From the IMG/VR virus record IMGVR_UViG_3300037478_000238, positions 1 to 55,206 of that record: DNA of 55,206 bases; one strand, given 5' to 3'. The notes under the pieces were generated by a model. The model was given only the letters and a program-made list of their open reading frames with translations. It searched no databases and was not told the DNA's origin. This DNA comes from a virus. Lineage: Duplodnaviria > Caudoviricetes. How positions within the stretch are numbered: the first letter of the stretch is position 1; every line of letters begins with the position of its first letter. Below are positions 7,124 to 17,417 of the stretch, in pieces. The translations under genes were made by a program, and so were the position numbers.

Positions 7124-9773
7124 CCCAGCGGCCATCCCGGTAACGGAGCCACCGTGCCAGCGACTTGGCCACCGACGCGGCCCGACTGTTGTTCTTGTAG
7201 ACCTTGTCCGGCAGGTCCCCGGGCAGGCTGTCAATCGAAAGTCCGGCCTGGAAACCGCAACCAGCCAACAGTTCACCAACGGTCCAGGGGAAGACGCTTT
7301 TGACCCGGTACACCGCCTCCAGGAAGTCCGACCAGTCGGTCTCGTCGGAACCCACACCCTCGGGCACCGTGTCAGGAGCACCAAACAGGCCCGGAACCTC
7401 AGCATAGGCTAGGATTCCCCGGATCACCTGGTGCCAGTTGGCGTATGAGTCGGCCCGGTCCTTGTCCGGGGCCGGGCAGCCGGCCACCACCCAGGCCCGG
7501 ATCATTGTCAACAGTGCGCACAGCAGGTCCCCCCGCATGGCCGTGACCACTTCCCGTAGATCCTTGATGGTGAAGTCGGTCCGCAACCATGGATACTCCT
7601 CATTGGAGTCCATCCGGATCTCAAGGGTCCGCCGGGGTAGGTCCCCGCCGATGGTTACGTTGTTGCCGGTTACCACCCACAGCCGGTCGTTCAGTACCGA
7701 AATCTGATCGGGTGTTCCCAGTCGTCGGTCGTCCCAGCGGCCTGAGGTGAGCAGGCCGGCGAGGATCGGGCTGGCCAACACGCCGGTTACGTTGTCGATG
7801 TGGATCACCGGACCGGTGGTTGTGTCTAGAATGGAGGATATCTGTTTACGTAGTTCTGCACCGTTCTCTGGCATTTCAGCCCGGAACACCCCGCCATGCA
7901 CGATCCGGCACACGTCGGCTAGCAGAGTCTTGCCGGTACCCGGCATGGGTGCGGTGATCGCAAACATCTGATACGGGGGAGGGACGATGGTCCGCAGCAG
8001 AGGGGTGATCATCATCCCCATGAAGTTGGCCAGGTCGTCATCGGTCTTGAACGGGAACTGCTTCACCAACTCCCACATCGCGTCCCGGCTGTCCCGCACG
8101 TCCTCTCTACTGGGATGCGTGGGGACCGGGGGGACCGTCAGTCCAGGCTCCGGCAGAAACAGGGTTCGGGTCTGTTCATCATAGCCGGGAGTGTACATGA
8201 TGGACCCATCGGGTCGGATCAGTGGCGTGTGAGTCACTGAAGTCAGTGGCCGTAGGTGTGGCATTTCTTCCGGGACCGACACGGCGATCACGGCAGCATG
8301 AACCGGGACCGTAGCATTGACGGTATCCCCGTTGCTCCTACGCTTGTAACACTCGTAGGTGTACTGGACCTTACCCGCCAGCCACGCCGGGGTCACCAGC
8401 CGGACCTGAGCCGGGCCATCTTCATCCGCGTCATGACTTGGTGATACATACCCTTGCTCGCCGATCCTGGGACAGTAGACCATGTCCCCGGACCGTATGA
8501 ACACCCCCGACAGTTTCCCCCGGCCCAGGTTGTCCCGGTACCATTCCGCTACTGTGCCAGCGTTACCTACTTCTAACGGCTCCCTTTCCCCATTGCCTGG
8601 TGTCGGCGGGTCGTCCGGTCCCAGCACCCGGACGTCGATCGGCTCCATCGGCTTCGGAAGGCTCTTGGTGATCACCCGGGCCGGCAGCGGGTCTCCGTAG
8701 CCTTGCCGGCGCAGCTCCCCAGCCGCTGCCGCATAGTCACCATTGTGGTGCAGTAGTGCGTATACCGCGAACTTGGACAGGGGCTTTTCTACCGGCAGTA
8801 GGGTAGAAGAGCTGAACACGTACAACCTGTCCTGTTCAGCGCTTCGGCCGGTGGTGGCGGAGTAGCCGTCTCGTAGAGCCTTGTCCGGTCGAGTCCAGTA
8901 TACTGTGGAACCAACCTTGTGATGAACCTGCCAGTCGTGTAATAGCCACGAACTGTCCCATGGCTCCCGGTTGTTGAAATCATCCCCCGGACGTAGGCCG
9001 TCAGCTGGTTGCCCTACTGGTACCGGAAGACGTGGCGGCTCTGGCGCTGGAAGCCGCATCGTGGCCTCGACGGTGATATGGAACAGGTCATCGAAGCCAT
9101 ACAGGACGCCGCTTCCGCCATTAGTCAGACGGCACTGTTGGTACGAGCCGGGAACCTTCCGGTTTACGGTTCCCACGATTCGGGTGACCCGGGCCAGATC
9201 CTTGACTTCGGTACCGTAATGCCAACCCAGCTGACTTGCGCTGTGGGCGATCAGGTCCTGCCACATCCGGCACAGTGATGCCGCCCGCTCCAGGGAATCG
9301 TCATCGGTGGTGCGGTACGGCTCCTGTAGTAGCCACCAGGGGTACATGCCCCCACCGGAATGTATCCACAGGGTCGGTTCCGGTAACCCCGAGGAGGCTA
9401 TGATCTTTCGGGCATCAGTTTCTGATCCCGGGAGACGGTGAGGGGACTTGTGGCCGGGGCCGGCGATATCGATATCAGCCCACATACCAGGTAGAAAAGC
9501 TGCATCTGACGATTTCCCCCGAGTCCCGGGCTTTAGCTTTTCCCGGAGCGTGGTGACCCGAACATAGATTCCGGGCGCCTTACGGAGATCCATCATCTGC
9601 ACATAGCCAACGGCTTCATCAACGGTGGCGCAGGCTACGCCCGACCAGTTATCGGTTGCGCATACGTGGATGAAACCTTCACTGTCTCCGTGTAGCTGCT
9701 CCAGCCAGTACCGGACGGCGGACTCATCAAGCACCGGTTGACTACCCGTAATTTGCTCTGTTAGCATAGTCAA
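7035..9773 (-). CDS. DNA primase-helicase (RepB/AEP-like N-terminus + P-loop helicase)
   Basis: WADID, SGGG.Y.WW, R..R..GT.N.K primase motifs; Walker A PGTGKT, Walker B IHIDN. Confidence 0.88.
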   Translation of the reverse strand: MTMLTEQITGSQPVLDESAVRYWLEQLHGDSEGFIHVCATDNWSGVACATVDEAVGYVQMMDLRKAPGIYVRVTTLREKLKPGTRGKSSDAAFLPGMWADIDIAGPGHKSPHRLPGSETDARKIIASSGLPEPTLWIHSGGGMYPWWLLQEPYRTTDDDSLERAASLCRMWQDLIAHSASQLGWHYGTEVKDLARVTRIVGTVNRKVPGSYQQCRLTNGGSGVLYGFDDLFHITVEATMRLPAPEPPRLPVPVGQPADGLRPGDDFNNREPWDSSWLLHDWQVHHKVGSTVYWTRPDKALRDGYSATTGRSAEQDRLYVFSSSTLLPVEKPLSKFAVYALLHHNGDYAAAAGELRRQGYGDPLPARVITKSLPKPMEPIDVRVLGPDDPPTPGNGEREPLEVGNAGTVAEWYRDNLGRGKLSGVFIRSGDMVYCPRIGEQGYVSPSHDADEDGPAQVRLVTPAWLAGKVQYTYECYKRRSNGDTVNATVPVHAAVIAVSVPEEMPHLRPLTSVTHTPLIRPDGSIMYTPGYDEQTRTLFLPEPGLTVPPVPTHPSREDVRDSRDAMWELVKQFPFKTDDDLANFMGMMITPLLRTIVPPPYQMFAITAPMPGTGKTLLADVCRIVHGGVFRAEMPENGAELRKQISSILDTTTGPVIHIDNVTGVLASPILAGLLTSGRWDDRRLGTPDQISVLNDRLWVVTGNNVTIGGDLPRRTLEIRMDSNEEYPWLRTDFTIKDLREVVTAMRGDLLCALLTMIRAWVVAGCPAPDKDRADSYANWHQVIRGILAYAEVPGLFGAPDTVPEGVGSDETDWSDFLEAVYRVKSVFPWTVGELLAGCGFQAGLSIDSLPGDLPDKVYKNNSRAASVAKSLARWLRYRDGRWVNGLTIRSSGVDSHNKQKRWQVHVHPRRQ

Positions 9774-9829
9774 GCCTTTCTTGAGAGTCTGTTTTGCACA
9801 GCCTGGTCGGGCTGGAACACTCCTTTCCT

Positions 9830-9862
9830 AGAAGGCCCCCGGACTTTCTCCGGGGGCCTTCT
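9830..9862. terminator. 14-bp stem hairpin
   Basis: AGAAGGCCCCCGGA-ctttc-TCCGGGGGCCTTCT. Confidence 0.7.
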
Positions 9863-9865
9863 GTG

Positions 9866-9895
9866 TACTTCACTTCACTTCACTTCACTGCACTG
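9866..9895. repeat. Pentamer tandem repeat (six CACTT/CACTG-type units)
   Basis: tactt cactt cactt cactt cactg cactg. Confidence 0.85.
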
Positions 9896-9897
9896 TT

Positions 9898-10734
9898 TTA
9901 GAACGGGTACTGCTCCTGGTCAATGGGACCGTTCGAGGCGTCAGCGCTGTTTTGCTGAGCAGCCTGGGCGCGTAGTCGTTCCACCACCGAACCACCTACC
10001 GGGGGCGGGGGGGGTGAGACCGGTGGCGCAACCGGTGCTGCCGGGGCTGGCGGCGCTACCGGAACCGGTGGTGTTGCCGGGGCCGGTTGCTGCCAGGTGC
10101 TCTGCTGTGGGGATGGGGCTGGCGGTGCTACCGGAACCGGTGGTGTCGGCGGTACCGGCGGTGTTGGTGGTGCCGGCGATGTAGCCGGTTGCGGCCACGA
10201 CTGGGTCTGTTGCGGCCACGACTGGGTCTGTTGCGGCCACGGCTGGGTCTGCTGTGGCCACGGCTGGGTCTGCTGTGGCTGCATTGGCTGTCGTACCGAC
10301 TGCTGCGGGTTGGCCGCAGCCATGTTCACATCACCCTGGCAGGTTTCCAGGAACTTTGGATTAGCCGTCAGCCACTGCGTGGCCAGGTTCTTGGTGTACT
10401 CATCCTGGGTGAGGCTGTTGAACGTCCATGCCTCGAAGCCACCCTGGGTCTTCTCCTTGGACAGGTACCCCAGGAACATCTTTCCGATCTTGGGCCGGAA
10501 CGCGGAGATCAGCCGACCCCCGAACCACAGTGCCCCGTTGTACTGGGCGCCCTGGTTATCCAGGTCCACCACGTTGATCCGGATACCGTCGACCATCTCC
10601 CCCCGCTGGGTGCGGATCTGGGGGACATACTCGATCGGGACGATGATCAGGCGCCGGTGCCTGGCCTCTTCGGCGGTGAACCGGTCGCCGCCCTGCTGGG
10701 GTTCCTCGAACTGGCTACCGAACGGTTGTGTCAC
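9898..10734 (-). CDS. Putative ssDNA-binding protein with Q/P-rich tail
   Basis: Lies between exonuclease and primase; beta-rich N-terminus, low-complexity linker, acidic-aromatic end DQEQYPF. Confidence 0.6.
   Translation of the reverse strand: MTQPFGSQFEEPQQGGDRFTAEEARHRRLIIVPIEYVPQIRTQRGEMVDGIRINVVDLDNQGAQYNGALWFGGRLISAFRPKIGKMFLGYLSKEKTQGGFEAWTFNSLTQDEYTKNLATQWLTANPKFLETCQGDVNMAAANPQQSVRQPMQPQQTQPWPQQTQPWPQQTQSWPQQTQSWPQPATSPAPPTPPVPPTPPVPVAPPAPSPQQSTWQQPAPATPPVPVAPPAPAAPVAPPVSPPPPPVGGSVVERLRAQAAQQNSADASNGPIDQEQYPF
10188..10279 (-). repeat. 21-bp tandem repeat encoding QQTQ(P/S)WP x4
   Basis: Units start at 10188, 10209, 10230, 10251. Confidence 0.9.
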
Positions 10735-10751
10735 TTCACGTCACCTTACTT

Positions 10752-11612
10752 CTACTTGCCCGGACAGCCGTAGCCGTTGCTAGGGCCGGGGTCTGGAGTA
10801 TAGAACCGACAGAAGGAGCATAGCTGGGAGGGGGTGGGTGGCACCTCCATGACACGCCCGAGATCCTGGTCCGCGTTGAGCCGGACCAGCTGTTCAGCCA
10901 GATGGTACATCCGGGACAAAGCAGCCAAGGCTATACTTTCATCGTATGGTTGGGACCAAAGCCATTTACCAGACAACCATCCGGCTCGGGGCAGCATGAT
11001 CAAACCTACCCGGCGGACCGGGTAGCCGGCCCTGACCATTCCCATGCCGTACAGATGGACCTGAGTCCGATAGGACTCCGGGGGACCCTCCTGCCGGAAC
11101 TTGCTCAGCCGCTGCGAGTTGACAGTCTTGAAGTCCCACACGCACCCGGTTTCCAGGTCGTACAGATCACAATGACCCAGCACCAGATCGTCAACAACAA
11201 CCTCGGTCTCCGTCAACCAGCGGGTCCGGTTGACCTCGACCTGAAGCCCACTGAAAGCTGTTTCCAGCCAGGAATGCACCGACGTGCCCACGATCGCCGG
11301 CCATGGGTCGGTACGGGTGTTGACGGTGGGGGCGCCGACCAGCCGATAGGCCAGTTTGCGATCGCAGGAATCACCCAGCTCACTGGGTCCCACCATCTGT
11401 TGCCGGTTACGGGCTAAGCCCCCGTAGGCCCAGAGGACTACATCATCCAAGTCCCGGGCCATTGAGTCGTTCAACGGGTCGGCGCCGTCCGGGTCCACAA
11501 ACAGTTTCATGTCCCGGTTAGGTCCACATGTGGGGTGGTAGTCCGGACTCAGGCCCGCTTCCAGGCGTGTGATGGTCATGTCACAGGCTCGACACAGACC
11601 ATGAGTCGTCAC
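10752..11612 (-). CDS. Cas4-family PD-(D/E)XK exonuclease
   Basis: GPSELGDSC, GTSVH, GHCD, DFKT, QVHLY, CxxC..C. Confidence 0.88.
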   Translation of the reverse strand: MTTHGLCRACDMTITRLEAGLSPDYHPTCGPNRDMKLFVDPDGADPLNDSMARDLDDVVLWAYGGLARNRQQMVGPSELGDSCDRKLAYRLVGAPTVNTRTDPWPAIVGTSVHSWLETAFSGLQVEVNRTRWLTETEVVVDDLVLGHCDLYDLETGCVWDFKTVNSQRLSKFRQEGPPESYRTQVHLYGMGMVRAGYPVRRVGLIMLPRAGWLSGKWLWSQPYDESIALAALSRMYHLAEQLVRLNADQDLGRVMEVPPTPSQLCSFCRFYTPDPGPSNGYGCPGK

Positions 11613-12050
11613 CTACACCCCCTGCGGCACCTCGCCTAACTCTGCACGTTCTACGTATAGCCCCAACGGCCCAAGATCAACGCACTTGAGTGCCCCGGAC
11701 CTGCACATCCGTTCCAGGGTGGCATATGACCGGGCCAGAAATTGGCTAGCCAGAGACACGTGGACCAAGTCTGTAAGTGATCCTATGCCCGCTTGCTGGA
11801 GCGTGTCTATCGCCTGTTCGTACCACGCCTGGACCTTGAGGCAGCTATCCAGCGCAGGGATGACCTCGCCTGATTCCCACCTCCGCACTGCTATCGGCTG
11901 CACTCCCATCATGTGTGCCTGCATGGTTACCGAGAGTCCTAATTTTTGCCTCAGCCGTCGAAGATCCCCGTTCAGTATCAACTGGTAAGCCGGATGGCCC
12001 GTTGAAGCTAATCGATGAGACTGTTGCGGTAGATCATTGATGACTGCCAT
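11613..12050 (-). CDS. Helix-turn-helix DNA-binding protein
   Basis: LRRLRQKLGLS...A..MGV....VRRWESGE..P XRE-like HTH, plus a second HTH-like C-terminal segment. Confidence 0.75.
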   Translation of the reverse strand: MAVINDLPQQSHRLASTGHPAYQLILNGDLRRLRQKLGLSVTMQAHMMGVQPIAVRRWESGEVIPALDSCLKVQAWYEQAIDTLQQAGIGSLTDLVHVSLASQFLARSYATLERMCRSGALKCVDLGPLGLYVERAELGEVPQGV

Positions 12051-12112
12051 GTAGCCAGACTACACCCATACCGACCCGTTGCACGTAAAAGTTGACCTAT
12101 ACCATTCCCTAT

Positions 12113-13603
12113 ATGGGTTTGAGTCTGGCACGGCAACTGGCACAGCTCCCAGAGGAGACCGTGCAGAAATGGCTCCAGTCCCTGTCCGATGACATGATTG
12201 CAGAAATGGCCAGGGGGGAATGGTGGTACACCGCCCGGCCAGAACAGATCCCGCCCGCTGGCATTTGGTTCATTCACATGGTCCTTGCCGGACGTGGATT
12301 TGGTAAGTCTCGGGCCGGCTCTGAATGGTTGGTGGAACAGACTATTCGGCATCCACTTGACCGGCACGGATTCCCTACCGAATGGCTGGTTATTGCAGAA
12401 ACCACCTCCGACTCACGTCGAATTTGCCTAGAAGGACCGTCCGGTATCCTACGGGTGCTGGAACGAAAAGAGATCGAATACCGTCTTGTTCGGTCCCCGA
12501 AGCCAACTATCACTATTCAGCCAGAAGGCACAAAAATCTACTTCGAAGGGGCCGACTCGCCCGATGTGGGCCGTGGCTATAACGCTGCCGGCGGATGGTT
12601 GGATGAAATTGCGAAATGGAGAGACCCGCGCCGATCCTGGATCGAGGGGATCGCCCCGTCCATGCGGGCCGACCTGTTAGAGGACCACCCCAGAGTCTTC
12701 GTCACCACCACCCCGAAACCAATCACCCTGATCCGGGAATGGGTGGAACGTGACGATGACAGCGTGTCCATCGTCCGTGGCTCTACTTTCGACAACGCGG
12801 ACAACCTGTCGCCGGTCATGCTGGAGGAAATGCGAAAGCGGTACGAAGGCACCACGATCGGTCGGCAGGAGCTGTACGGCGAACTACTGGACCTGCTGGA
12901 AGGCTCCCTGTTCAAGTGGTCCGACATCCAAGCTAACCGTTTAAACATGGGGCCGGTCAACGTTATGGCCCGGGTAGTCGGAGTCGACCCGTCGCTGCTC
13001 TCTAGCGGAGAGCAGGCACTTACCAGTGGACCCTCTGATGAAATGGGTGTAATCGTGGTGTCCCGGGACCGTCGCAATCACATTTACGTGGTTGCCGACG
13101 AATCAGTCCCACTTGCCGGCCGAGAAGCAGCGCTACATATTTGGAACGTGTTCGGGCAATACAAATGTGATTTTGTTGTCTACGAAAACAACCTGGGTAA
13201 AAGGTGGATGGCAGACGTTCTCGCCGACGCCTACAGGGAACTTCAAAAAAGGGGCGTGTTCCCAGCCAATACAACAGCACCCTTGAAGCCCGAGCATTCG
13301 CTGTACGGAAAGGTGTTACGGGCTGAACCAGTGGCAATGCGATACGAACAGGGCGGCATCCACCATATTGGCGAGTTCGAGAAATTAGAAAAGGAAATGA
13401 TTTACTGGGATCCGTTGGACGCTAGTAAGCACAGCTCTCCGAACCGGCTGGATGCCCTGGTGCATGCCTGCCGGCACCTCATGGGTACCGAGAAGCAGGT
13501 CGCTAGCATCCATACCCCTGGTTCATATCAGCCCCAGCGGGGGCGTCGACCCAGTTCCGCTAACCGAAACATTGGCTTGTACACCCTCGGTGGCCGGAGA
13601 TAA
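12113..13603 (+). CDS. Terminase large subunit
   Basis: AGRGFGKS Walker A, WLDE Walker B, TTTP, VGVDP and NRLDA nuclease motifs. Confidence 0.95.
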   Translation: MGLSLARQLAQLPEETVQKWLQSLSDDMIAEMARGEWWYTARPEQIPPAGIWFIHMVLAGRGFGKSRAGSEWLVEQTIRHPLDRHGFPTEWLVIAETTSDSRRICLEGPSGILRVLERKEIEYRLVRSPKPTITIQPEGTKIYFEGADSPDVGRGYNAAGGWLDEIAKWRDPRRSWIEGIAPSMRADLLEDHPRVFVTTTPKPITLIREWVERDDDSVSIVRGSTFDNADNLSPVMLEEMRKRYEGTTIGRQELYGELLDLLEGSLFKWSDIQANRLNMGPVNVMARVVGVDPSLLSSGEQALTSGPSDEMGVIVVSRDRRNHIYVVADESVPLAGREAALHIWNVFGQYKCDFVVYENNLGKRWMADVLADAYRELQKRGVFPANTTAPLKPEHSLYGKVLRAEPVAMRYEQGGIHHIGEFEKLEKEMIYWDPLDASKHSSPNRLDALVHACRHLMGTEKQVASIHTPGSYQPQRGRRPSSANRNIGLYTLGGRR

Positions 13604-13631
13604 AGGTCTCTTCACTGATTATGCTGGTCAC

Positions 13632-13940
13632 ATGCCCAGTGTGGTTATTCTGATCCTTCTAGCCCTTGCGGTGGCGGAAGTGACCTGGCTTGTGGTGGAC
13701 GCAGCCATAACCACGCCTGTGCGACGCTGGGTAACTAACCGGTTCGGGGTTGAGGGGAAGCTGACCTACCTGGTGCACTGTCCCGGGTGCACGGCGGTAT
13801 GGGTGTCAGTGCCGCTGACCGGCATAACGTTCGCCACTCAGCACCTGGCCTGGGTGGCTTTCCTGGCAGTGCTGGCCATGGCCAAGTTGGCGCCAATGGT
13901 GCTTTCAGCCAGTGACCGGTTAGAAATACGGGGCAGCTGA
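13632..13940 (+). CDS. DUF1360-like membrane protein
   Basis: TM helices, LVHCPGCTAVW; typical position before portal. Confidence 0.65.
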   Translation: MPSVVILILLALAVAEVTWLVVDAAITTPVRRWVTNRFGVEGKLTYLVHCPGCTAVWVSVPLTGITFATQHLAWVAFLAVLAMAKLAPMVLSASDRLEIRGS

Positions 13941-15781
13941 TGGTCTTTCGCCGAAACAAATTACCGGTACCTGGATCTCTGATCGCCTCAGCTACCCGGA
14001 TCACCACCTCCGACCCGGTATGGAACGCCTATCGGCTCCGGGACCAGCAATGGCAGTCGGAAACCTGGCGACTGTACAACATTATTGGTGAGTTCCGGTT
14101 CGCTGCCAACTATGTCGGATCAGCCTGTTCCCGGGTCCGACTATTTGTGGCCGAAGTAGACGAGCTGGGTCGGATCGGAAACGAAACCGAAGATGATGAA
14201 ATCCAAGCAGTGGCCGACACCCTATTCGGGGGAGTTTCAGCTAAATCGGAACAGCTACGTGCTATCGGTGTGAGCCTGACCGTGGCCGGGGAATGTTTCA
14301 TCGTTGGCCGGGCCGCCAACAGCGGGATAGGCAAACGGGACCGCTGGTACGTGATCGCCCCATCGGAGCTGCGCAGAAGTGCCGGCGGTATCCAGTTCCG
14401 GTTCAACGGGGAAATAATCAAACTGAACCCGAGCCGGGACATCATCATCAGGGTATGGACCCCACACCCGGGCTCCCCGGACCTGGCTGACGCCCCCGCC
14501 CGTGCCGCCCTGCCAGTGCTGACCGAACTGGAACAGCTCAACTGGTACATCCAGAGCCAACTGCTGTCCAGGCTCGCCCTGGGTGGGATTCTACCCATTC
14601 CGAACAACATCGACTTCCCCAAAGACGATGGGACCCCGGGTGGCACCGAAGGGCTGATGCAGGCCCTGATGGAGGCGATAACCACTAACCTCCAGCATCC
14701 CGGAACGGCTGCCAGCCTGGCGCCGATCCTGCTCCAGATGGATAAGGAAGCCATCGACGTGATGCCGGACAGGCCAATCACGTTCGAGTCGGTCCTGTCC
14801 GAGCAGCATGTTCAACTACGCCAGGAAGCGATCCGTAGACTGGCCACCAGCCTGGACATGCCACCGGAAGTGCTGGAAGGGGCGTCGGAGACGAACCACT
14901 GGGGCATGTGGTATGTGGAAGAAAACGCCATCAAAGTCCACATCGAACCATTGGTGGTGCGGATCTGCGATGCACTCAACGAGGCATATCTTGCCCCGGC
15001 GTTACGTGCTCTCGGGCGGGAGCCAGGTAGGTTCTCCCTCTGGTACGACACCGGACCGCTAACCCACCGCCCCAACCGGCTCCAGGACACTCTCAACCTG
15101 TACGAGCGGGGCATTGTGTCCCGGGAAGAGGTACTGCGGTCCGGGGACTACAACCCGGATACGGCAGCACCGGACCAGGATGAGGAAAACATCCGCTTCA
15201 TCAAGGAACTGATGCTGCGCGACCCTGGGCTGTTCGCATCCCCACCACTGCGTGAGGCCATTGGAATCGACATTGACACAGTCACCCCGATGGAGGTGGA
15301 AGGTACCGGGCCACCGCCACCGCCAGCCCCGGAACGTAACGTCACCAACGACACGTCCCCCACCCCTGAACTACCTTCAGCGACCCGACCCGCTAACACC
15401 ACCCAGGACAACCTGATCGCCGCAGCCGACCTGGTACCTGGACCCACCCCGCTGCTCATGGCAGCCGACATCTTGGTCACCGAAGCCCTACGCAAGGCCG
15501 GTAAGCGGCTACTGGCCAACCGCAGCCTGCGGGGCCAGTTCCGGGAGGTGCCAGAAGAGCGTATCCACACCAAGCTGAAGGTTGTTTCACAGGAACACGT
15601 GGAGCGTCTGCTGGAAGGTGCCTGGTCCCGGGTCGGCGCCTATGTGGCGTCTATTGATGTAGACCCAGTCATTTTGTCGGAGTCGTTGCATGATTACACG
15701 GGCGGGCTGCTAAAAGAAGCAGTTGGTCATGACTTAACTACGCTGCGGATGGTACTACGGGTACGAGGATTTTTAGCATGA
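13940..15781 (+). CDS. Portal protein
   Basis: 613 aa after terminase; RLATSLDMPPEVLEG..NHWG motif of cluster-B-like portals. Confidence 0.88.
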   Translation: MVFRRNKLPVPGSLIASATRITTSDPVWNAYRLRDQQWQSETWRLYNIIGEFRFAANYVGSACSRVRLFVAEVDELGRIGNETEDDEIQAVADTLFGGVSAKSEQLRAIGVSLTVAGECFIVGRAANSGIGKRDRWYVIAPSELRRSAGGIQFRFNGEIIKLNPSRDIIIRVWTPHPGSPDLADAPARAALPVLTELEQLNWYIQSQLLSRLALGGILPIPNNIDFPKDDGTPGGTEGLMQALMEAITTNLQHPGTAASLAPILLQMDKEAIDVMPDRPITFESVLSEQHVQLRQEAIRRLATSLDMPPEVLEGASETNHWGMWYVEENAIKVHIEPLVVRICDALNEAYLAPALRALGREPGRFSLWYDTGPLTHRPNRLQDTLNLYERGIVSREEVLRSGDYNPDTAAPDQDEENIRFIKELMLRDPGLFASPPLREAIGIDIDTVTPMEVEGTGPPPPPAPERNVTNDTSPTPELPSATRPANTTQDNLIAAADLVPGPTPLLMAADILVTEALRKAGKRLLANRSLRGQFREVPEERIHTKLKVVSQEHVERLLEGAWSRVGAYVASIDVDPVILSESLHDYTGGLLKEAVGHDLTTLRMVLRVRGFLA

Positions 15782-16509
15782 GTAGCCCCGAGGTCCGTCG
15801 TCACGAGCAAGCGACACTGCCCCGGGTGGTGGAAGCGTTACGGCGCTGGCTAACGGCAGTGTCAACAGCGGTACTGTTCCCGACAGTCCGGTTCCTTGGT
15901 TTACCGGACCCGGTTGCGGTGTACTCCAAGATGCAGTTATGGGAACGTGAAGTTACCGATCTACGGCCAGAGCTGGAAACAGCGGCCCGGATTGGATGGA
16001 GTCAGGTGTTTGGCCAGCCCACATTTTCCTCCACCAGCTCCCATGTCCTTGCGGCCCTGAACGGTTCTCACGGGTTTCTCATGCAGCTGCCCAGCGAAGT
16101 CAATGGGATGGTTGTTCGTCAGATTAACGACGGTTTATCAGCGGGCCTGAGCCGGGAGAAGATTTCCGGCTCAGTGGAACAACTGCTGACGATGACCGGC
16201 AACGACACGTTTCGTAACCGAGCCCGGCTGATCACCGGTACCGAGATCACCCGGGCCGCCAACGCCGGGGCACTGGCCGCTGCTATTGATGCGCAGAACA
16301 CGCTGGGGCCGATCCTGAAGCGGTGGAACGACACCGGGGACGACCAGGTACGCCAGTCTCATGACCTGGCTGATGACACAGAGATCCCGGTGATGCAGCC
16401 GTTCGTGGTGGGCGGTTTCCCGTTGATGTATCCCGGTGACCCATCGGGGCCGCCGTGGGAGGTCATCGCGTGCCGATGCAGCCTTAGTTTCAGGAGGGTC
16501 AATGGTTGA
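15778..16509 (+). CDS. MuF-like minor head protein
   Basis: KRW...D.QVRQSH..PF.VGG..LMYPGDP..EVIACRC. Confidence 0.85.
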   Translation: MSSPEVRRHEQATLPRVVEALRRWLTAVSTAVLFPTVRFLGLPDPVAVYSKMQLWEREVTDLRPELETAARIGWSQVFGQPTFSSTSSHVLAALNGSHGFLMQLPSEVNGMVVRQINDGLSAGLSREKISGSVEQLLTMTGNDTFRNRARLITGTEITRAANAGALAAAIDAQNTLGPILKRWNDTGDDQVRQSHDLADDTEIPVMQPFVVGGFPLMYPGDPSGPPWEVIACRCSLSFRRVNG

Positions 16510-17404
16510 CGGCCCGATTTCCTCGATCCGGTTCCGGGGGCTGATCGCTCCCGAAGAACCGGTCATCACCGGTGACTACCGTAAGTTCGCCCGAGGGTCG
16601 CTGAGTCATCGTAGACTGCCCCGTCCGGTCATGTTCACGCGGGAAAACAACCGGGGACACTTGGGCGCTACCACCGTAGGGCGCCTGGAACAGGTGGAGT
16701 ACCAGCCTGGCCGGGGCTGGATAGGATCGGGGTCCTTTCTGGACCCACAGATCATTCCGGAAGTGGTACAGGCTATCTACCTGGTCCAGCAAGGTGTCTC
16801 TACCCCCAGTGTGGACCTACAGCCGGACATGACCTATGAGATCGTGCCACACTCCCATCAGCCGGACCAGAGTGTGGCGCGGATACTAAAAGGTCGTATA
16901 GCCGGGTTCACGTTCGTCCCGTTCGCCGCGTTCGAGGAAACCGAAATTACCGTTTCGGACGAGTCCGACCAGGCGATACTGGCCAGCGCCGGCATCGAAC
17001 TGGAACTGACCTTTTTCGCAGTCAACAGCAGTTCCTGGCGACAGATGCCGATTGCTGAACGGGACGCCCCGTTCGAGTTTGAGGCCGCCATCGAACGGAT
17101 TCTACAATGGTCCAAGGGTCGTCCTGCCCTGTTCAACCGGGCGTTCCTGTACCGCAACAACGAAACCGCTGACACCTCCCGGGTGGCCTACCACCTACCC
17201 ATCGCGGACATCATCGACAACAAACTGACCCTGGTGCCCCGGGCGGTACATTCCGCAGCCGTATTCATGGCCGGTGGGCACGGTGGCCTGCCGAACATCT
17301 CCGAACAGGAACAGGAACAGATCCGGCAAGTACTCAATGAGATATACGATGTGCTCCGGGGGCGGTTCGGTGACCCACGGATCAAAGCCCCATGGCAGAA
17401 GTGA
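16502..17404 (+). CDS. Capsid maturation protease (N-terminal part)
   Basis: TGDYRKF, H.GA..VG, SVDL, TFVPFAAF. Confidence 0.65.
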   Translation: MVDGPISSIRFRGLIAPEEPVITGDYRKFARGSLSHRRLPRPVMFTRENNRGHLGATTVGRLEQVEYQPGRGWIGSGSFLDPQIIPEVVQAIYLVQQGVSTPSVDLQPDMTYEIVPHSHQPDQSVARILKGRIAGFTFVPFAAFEETEITVSDESDQAILASAGIELELTFFAVNSSSWRQMPIAERDAPFEFEAAIERILQWSKGRPALFNRAFLYRNNETADTSRVAYHLPIADIIDNKLTLVPRAVHSAAVFMAGGHGGLPNISEQEQEQIRQVLNEIYDVLRGRFGDPRIKAPWQK

Positions 17405-17417
17405 GGATGAGTCAGCC

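Noticed and set aside
10087-10783. Plus-strand Cys/Gly- and Arg/Leu-repeat ORFs
   Set aside because: Antisense readings of the QQTQPWP repeat in the SSB-like gene.
10752-11612. Cas4-like gene as evidence of CRISPR-Cas
   Set aside because: No repeat-spacer array or other cas genes; stand-alone Cas4 exonucleases are normal in actinophage replication modules.
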